57,637 bases of DNA, taken from positions 1,798,001 to 1,855,637 of the forward strand of contig CP060754.1 in NCBI GenBank assembly GCA_023205875.1, in the 5' to 3' direction. Each line of letters begins with the position of its first letter. Position 1 is the first letter of the stretch. Source of the stretch: Chloropicon primus (lineage: Eukaryota). Positions 52,842-57,637 of the stretch are shown here, piece after piece. The notes beneath the pieces are model-generated. The model did not search any database and was not told the DNA's origin. It was given only the letters and a program-made list of their open reading frames with translations. The position numbers and the translations under genes were made by a program.

Positions 52842-53579
52842 ATGACCACCAGGAACAAATACATCACACCCACCAAACCCAAACACACAACAACGAACAG
52901 AAAACAAACAGGAAACAAAAACATCCACAACATCCACAACATCCACAACATCCAACACGACAACAGGAACACGAGGAGGACGACGAGGAGGGAACTGACG
53001 GCGGGAGTGATGGTGGCGGTGGCGACGAGGATGGCAATCGCTTCTCCTGGACGACTCGATTCTTCTGCTCGGGCGCAAGAGACGACGGAGTGCACAACCT
53101 GCTCGGATTCCAACTCATCTTTGCAGCCAGGGGACAAGGCCTTCCAGGTGTCAAGCTCGGGCCTGCGGATCCTGGACGTCAAGGAGGGCCGGGGACCCCA
53201 ACCCAAGCAGGGGCAGACGGTCGTGCTGGACTGGTCCGGGTTCACGGCGGGCTACCAGGCGAAAAGGATAGACAACACTTCAGGGACGGACAACCAGTTT
53301 GTGTTCAAGCTCGGGTCGGATCCCAGGGAGGCCATCCCGGCGTTCGAGGAGGCCGTGGCCGGCATGAGGGTCGGCGGGGTCCGGAGGATCGAGATCCCAG
53401 GGGAGCTGGAGGAGCGCCTGGCCTATCCGGTGGACAAGGAGATCCGGTACAGCGCCGGTCCTAAGCCTTTCACCCTGGGCGGCAGGAGGGCCCTGGACTT
53501 TGTCCTGGACAACAAGACCCTCAAGCCCTTCAACAAGACGCTCCTTTTCGACATCAGGCTGAACAACATCAGGCAGTGA
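52842..53579 (+). CDS. Thylakoid-lumen FKBP-type PPIase, FKBP19-like
   Basis: TTRRE twin-arginine signal, SGLRILDVKEG.G, AIPAFEEAVAGMRVGGVRRI, RALDFVL, KTLLFDI. Confidence 0.82.
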   Translation: MTTRNKYITPTKPKHTTTNRKQTGNKNIHNIHNIHNIQHDNRNTRRTTRRELTAGVMVAVATRMAIASPGRLDSSARAQETTECTTCSDSNSSLQPGDKAFQVSSSGLRILDVKEGRGPQPKQGQTVVLDWSGFTAGYQAKRIDNTSGTDNQFVFKLGSDPREAIPAFEEAVAGMRVGGVRRIEIPGELEERLAYPVDKEIRYSAGPKPFTLGGRRALDFVLDNKTLKPFNKTLLFDIRLNNIRQ

Positions 53580-53618
53580 TCAAACGGTTGGCGTAAAATA
53601 TACAAATAAGGCAATCCT

Positions 53619-55832
53619 TTAATACAATTTCCCACCCTTGAGGCCCTTGGGATTCTTTCTCATCCTGATCGATTTCGGAGTGACCTCCACGAGCTCGTCG
53701 CCGGTGATGTACTCGATGCAGTCGTCCAGGGACATCTCCTTGGGAGCCGCCACCTGCACCTTGATCTCGGCGTTGGACCTCACGTTCGTGGCCTTCTTGG
53801 CCTTGGCGGCGTTCACCGGCAGGTCGCCGCTCCTCTGGTGGATCCCGATCACCTGGCCCTCGTAGATCTCCATGCCGGGGGCAATGAAAAGCTGCCCGCG
53901 CTCCTGCACGTCCTTGAGGGCGTACTGGGTGCTCTGGCCGGTGGCGAAGGCCACGAGACTGCCCTGCTCCCTCGTCTTGATCTCCCCGGAGAACTTGTCG
54001 TACCCGTCAAAGATGGTGTTGAGGACCGCCGTGCCCTTGGTGGCGGTCAGCATGTGGTTCTTCAGGCCCAGCAGGCCGCGGGTGGGCAGGCGGTACTTGA
54101 TCGTCGTGGTCCCCATGTTCTCGCTCGTGGTCATGTCCATCATCTGGCCACACCTGTTGCCGAGGAGGTCCACGCAGGCTCCGACGAACTCCTCGGGGGC
54201 CTCCACGATGGCCACCTCGTAGGGCTCGAGCTTCTCCCCGTTCTCCTCCTTCAGGATCACGGTGGGCGGCCCGATCTGGAACTCGAAGCCCTCCCTCCTC
54301 ATCGTCTCGATCAGGATCGTGATGTGGAGGGTCCCCCTGCCGCACACCACGAACTCGTCGGCGCTCTCCCCCTGCTCCACGGTGAGCGCCAGGTTCTTCT
54401 CCAGCTCCCTCTCCAGCCTGGTCTTGATGTCCCTGCTGTTGATGAACTCGCCCTCCTTGCCGGCGAAGGGGCTGGTGTTCACCAGGAACTTCATCCTCAC
54501 GGTGGGCTTCTCCACCTCGATCTTGGCCAAGGGCTTGGGCATCGTCTTGCAGGCGACGGTCTCCCCGATGGCGATGTCCGGCATGCCCACGAACGCGCAG
54601 ATGTCCCCGGCCTGAACCTCCTCGACGGGCTCCCTCTGGAAGTTCGTGAAGGTGAAGACCTCCCCGACCTTGCCGTTCCTCTTGTCCGCCCCAGGCTTCA
54701 CCACGGCGAACTCTCCCTTCCTCATGGTGCCCGCCCCGACCCTCCCGATGGCAATCCTGCCCTTGTGGGGGTCAAAGTCGATGCTGGTGACGAGCATCTG
54801 CGTCGGCCCGTCCAGGACCACCTTGGGCGCGGGGACCTCCCTCATGATCGTCTCGAAGAGAGGCTCGAGGTCGTCCGCCAGGTTCTCGGGCTCCATGCCC
54901 GCGATTCCCTGCATGCCGCTGCAGTACACCACCGGGAAGTCGCAGAGATCGTCCGGGGCCCCGAGGTCGCAGAACAGCTCGAACGTGTTATCGATGACGT
55001 AGTCCGGCCTCGCCGCCGGCCTGTCGATCTTGTTCACCACCACGAGGACCTTGATGCCGAGCTCAAGGGCCTTCTTCAGGACGAACCTCGTCTGGGGCAT
55101 CGGGCCCTCCACGCTGTCCACGAGGAGCAGAACCCCGTCCGTCATCCTCAGGACGCGCTCCACCTCCCCGCCAAAGTCCGCGTGCCCAGGCGTGTCGATG
55201 ATGTTGATCCTTGTTGTCGTTCAGGTTCAGGAGCAGCAAAGGAGCAGGAGAAGAAGAAGAAGAAGAAGAAGAAGAAGAAGAAGAAGAAAGACCGAGGTGG
55301 GGTGTCAGAACAAAACACTCTCGCTCGCTCCTTTGGTTTCCGCTCGACGCATCTCGACTCACTTGCTGCCCTTGTACGTGATGGACGTGTTCTTGGAAAG
55401 GATGGTGATCCCCCTCTCCCGCTCCAAGTCGTTCGAGTCCATGACACGCTCTTCGACCTGCTGGTTATCGCGGAAAACGTTGCTCTGGGCGAGCATCGCG
55501 TCCACCAGGGTGGTCTTGCCGTGGTCGACGTGCGCAATGATGGCGATGTTGCGCAGGTCCTCCCGCTCCACGAGGACTCCCTCCACGGGCCCCACCTCCT
55601 CGGACTCCGAGACGGCGACGGCCGTCTCCTCAACGGCCACCGCCGCGGCCTCGCACGACACGACCTTGGACCTCACCAGCTTGCTCAGCAGCAGAGCCTT
55701 GACCCGGGAGGAGGCAGAGGGCTGCTGCCTTGCCGTCCTCCTCGGCGACCTCGCCGCAACTGGCGTCGCGCCCCTCGCGCTCACCGCGCCCCTCACGGTC
55801 GTCCTCATCGCCCTCGTCGTCGTCGCCCTCAT
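53619..55832 (-). CDS. typA: Translational GTPase TypA/BipA, plastid; intron 55210-55362
   Basis: [60 protein letters not shown]. Confidence 0.95.
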
Positions 55833-56766
55833 TGCTCGTTGTCGTCGTCCTCAAATGGTGGGTTCGTCGTCGTCGTCCTCAGGGCTCGTGCGCCGCAGAA
55901 CGAGAGCGAGCGAGCGAGAATTTCTGTGGCTGAGAGAGCCCCTGAAAGCAATCTTGCAAAAAGTGCAGATTTGGGCGGATCCTTATCCGTCCGGGTCGAG
56001 GGAGCGGGGGTTGGAGGACACCATGGAGGGAGAGGGGACTTGTTTTCAGGTGTGTTTGGGGGTCTGTGTGGGTCCAATTGGGGGGCTTGGAATGTCTTGT
56101 TCTCAGTCGCTTTGCAAGATGACGTTGAATGGGAGGAGGGGTCGGGACCAGATGATGTGGGGTTTGGTCCGCGCACTGGCGTCGAGGGGTGGGAGAGGGG
56201 AGAGGTGTTCTTGGGGCAATGCAGGAGAGTGGGAGAGGAAACGAGGCAGGGAGAAGTTGATGTGGGTAGTTGTTCGTGGCTTGGATCCTCTTGGTTTGGT
56301 TCATGCTGACTTGATTGTGTAATTTAGGTGTGTATGATATGATTCTGTCAGTTGCTGTTATTGTCCATTTTTGGGCCTATTTTTGGTACGAATAGTGGAG
56401 TGACGGATCCAGTTCGTGTCCGATGGCTATGAAACTTTGTCAGAAGCGGATTGTATTTTATATTTGGATACTCCTCTAATATTGTGTATCTTCCCGTCGT
56501 CGTCGAACCTGTAGAGGTCCATCTGTCGGACCACTAAAACCCAAACCACAGCCCTCCATGGAGGATGATGATGTTGTGTGAATGGAGTCCGTGATGAAGA
56601 GACTTGTTCCGGGTGGAGTGCAATCTAGGGCACCAGAGAATAACGAGGTCCAATCGTAAACCTTACCCTGATCCACTTTTCCGCTGGAATCCGTCGTCTT
56701 ATGCGACCTGGTTTAGGGCCGACTAAAACCCAGATCACACTTAAAACCTATACCAGAAGGAAAAAG

Positions 56767-57466
56767 TGCGGTGGCTTGGAAGCATCACGGCAAGCTTGGA
56801 TGATGCGACGGTGTCTTTCACTTAGGCTTCTTTTGTTCTCCGACTCCTTTCCTTGGCCAGGTCGTCCTTCCTTCCTTCCTCGGGCAAACCCTACTCAAGG
56901 CACTTCGGACCCACGAGAGGGCCTTTTAGGCGTTAGGTCTTGGGACTCCCAAGGCTTTAGGAAACGCGGTGACTCGGAGGCACCACGGAAAGCTTGGATG
57001 ATGCAACGGTGTCTTTCTCCTAGGCTTCTTTTGTTCTCCGGCTCCTTTCCTTGGCCAGGTCGTCCTTCCTTTCTTCCTCGGGCAAACCCTACTCAAGACA
57101 CTTCGGACCCACGAGAGGGCCTTTTAGGCGTTAGGTCTTGGGACTCCCAAGGCTTTAGGAAACGAGGTGACTCGGAGGCACCACGGAAAGGTTGGATGAT
57201 GAAACGGTGTCTTTCTCTTAGGCTTCTTTTGTTCTCCGGCTCCTTTCCTTGGCCAGGTCGTCCTTCCTTTCTTCCTCGGGCAAACCCTACTCAAGGCACT
57301 TCGGACCCACGAGAGGGCCTTTTAGGCGTTAGGTCTTGGGACTCCCAAGGCTTTAGGAAACGCGGTGACTCGGAGGCACCACGGAAAGGTTGGATGATGA
57401 AACGGTGTCTTTCTCTTAGGCTTCTTTTGTTCTCCGGCTCCTTTCCTTGGCCAGGTCGTCCTTCCT
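56767..57466 (+). repeat. Subtelomeric 198-bp tandem repeat, ~3.5 copies
   Basis: tgggactccc at 56941, 57139 and 57337; the start of the first copy is the most diverged part. Confidence 0.95.
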
Positions 57467-57615
57467 TAGGTTTAGGATTGTAGGTTTGTAGGTTTGTAGG
57501 GTGTTAGGTTGTTAGGTTGTTAGGTTGTTAGGTTGTTAGGTTGTTAGGTTTTTTTGGGGTTTAGGTTTTTTAGGTTTAGGTTTTAGGTTTTAGGTTTTAG
57601 GGGCCCTAGGCCTTA
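57465..57615 (+). repeat. Degenerate telomeric repeats (TTTAGG, TTGTAGG, TTGTTAGG, TTTTAGG); chromosome end
   Basis: G-rich strand on +, running toward the window end. Confidence 0.8.
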
Positions 57616-57637
57616 GGTAGGCCCAGGCCCAGGCCTT

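Noticed and set aside
56591..56671. GTGATGA...CTGA spaced like a C/D snoRNA in the subtelomere
   Set aside because: Weak terminal stem, no clear C'/D' boxes and no recognisable rRNA complementarity; could be chance.
56767..57466. 198-bp repeats as a CRISPR array or snoRNA cluster (they contain ATGATGA)
   Set aside because: No unique spacers, no cas genes and no box D; eukaryotic subtelomeric context.

Overview
Gene-dense, GC-rich eukaryotic nuclear DNA. It has few short GT-AG introns, microsatellite-rich UTRs and nucleus-encoded plastid proteins (THF1, a ChlH-like subunit, CtpA, FKBP19, TypA), which points to a compact-genome green alga (prasinophyte/Chloropicon-like; inference). The window holds about 28 protein-coding genes and ends in a 198-bp subtelomeric tandem array plus telomere-like (TTTTAGG/TTGTTAGG) repeats, so it is probably a chromosome right end. 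The most notable items are: (1) two near-identical introns at unrelated positions in one CHY-RING gene, suggesting introner-like intron transposition; (2) two conserved non-coding modules shared between 80-485 and 29593-29900 in permuted order, one a 111-nt element with a G-U-rich terminal stem; (3) an Orai-like 4-TM protein fused to a DUF5011-type Ig-like domain; (4) a tandem pair of identical box C/D snoRNAs starting 4 nt after the lipA stop codon; (5) a triple-domain class III nucleotide cyclase with split catalytic residues; (6) a tandem LsrG-like ABM protein with homogenised halves. Family calls come from motifs recognised by eye; no database searches were run.
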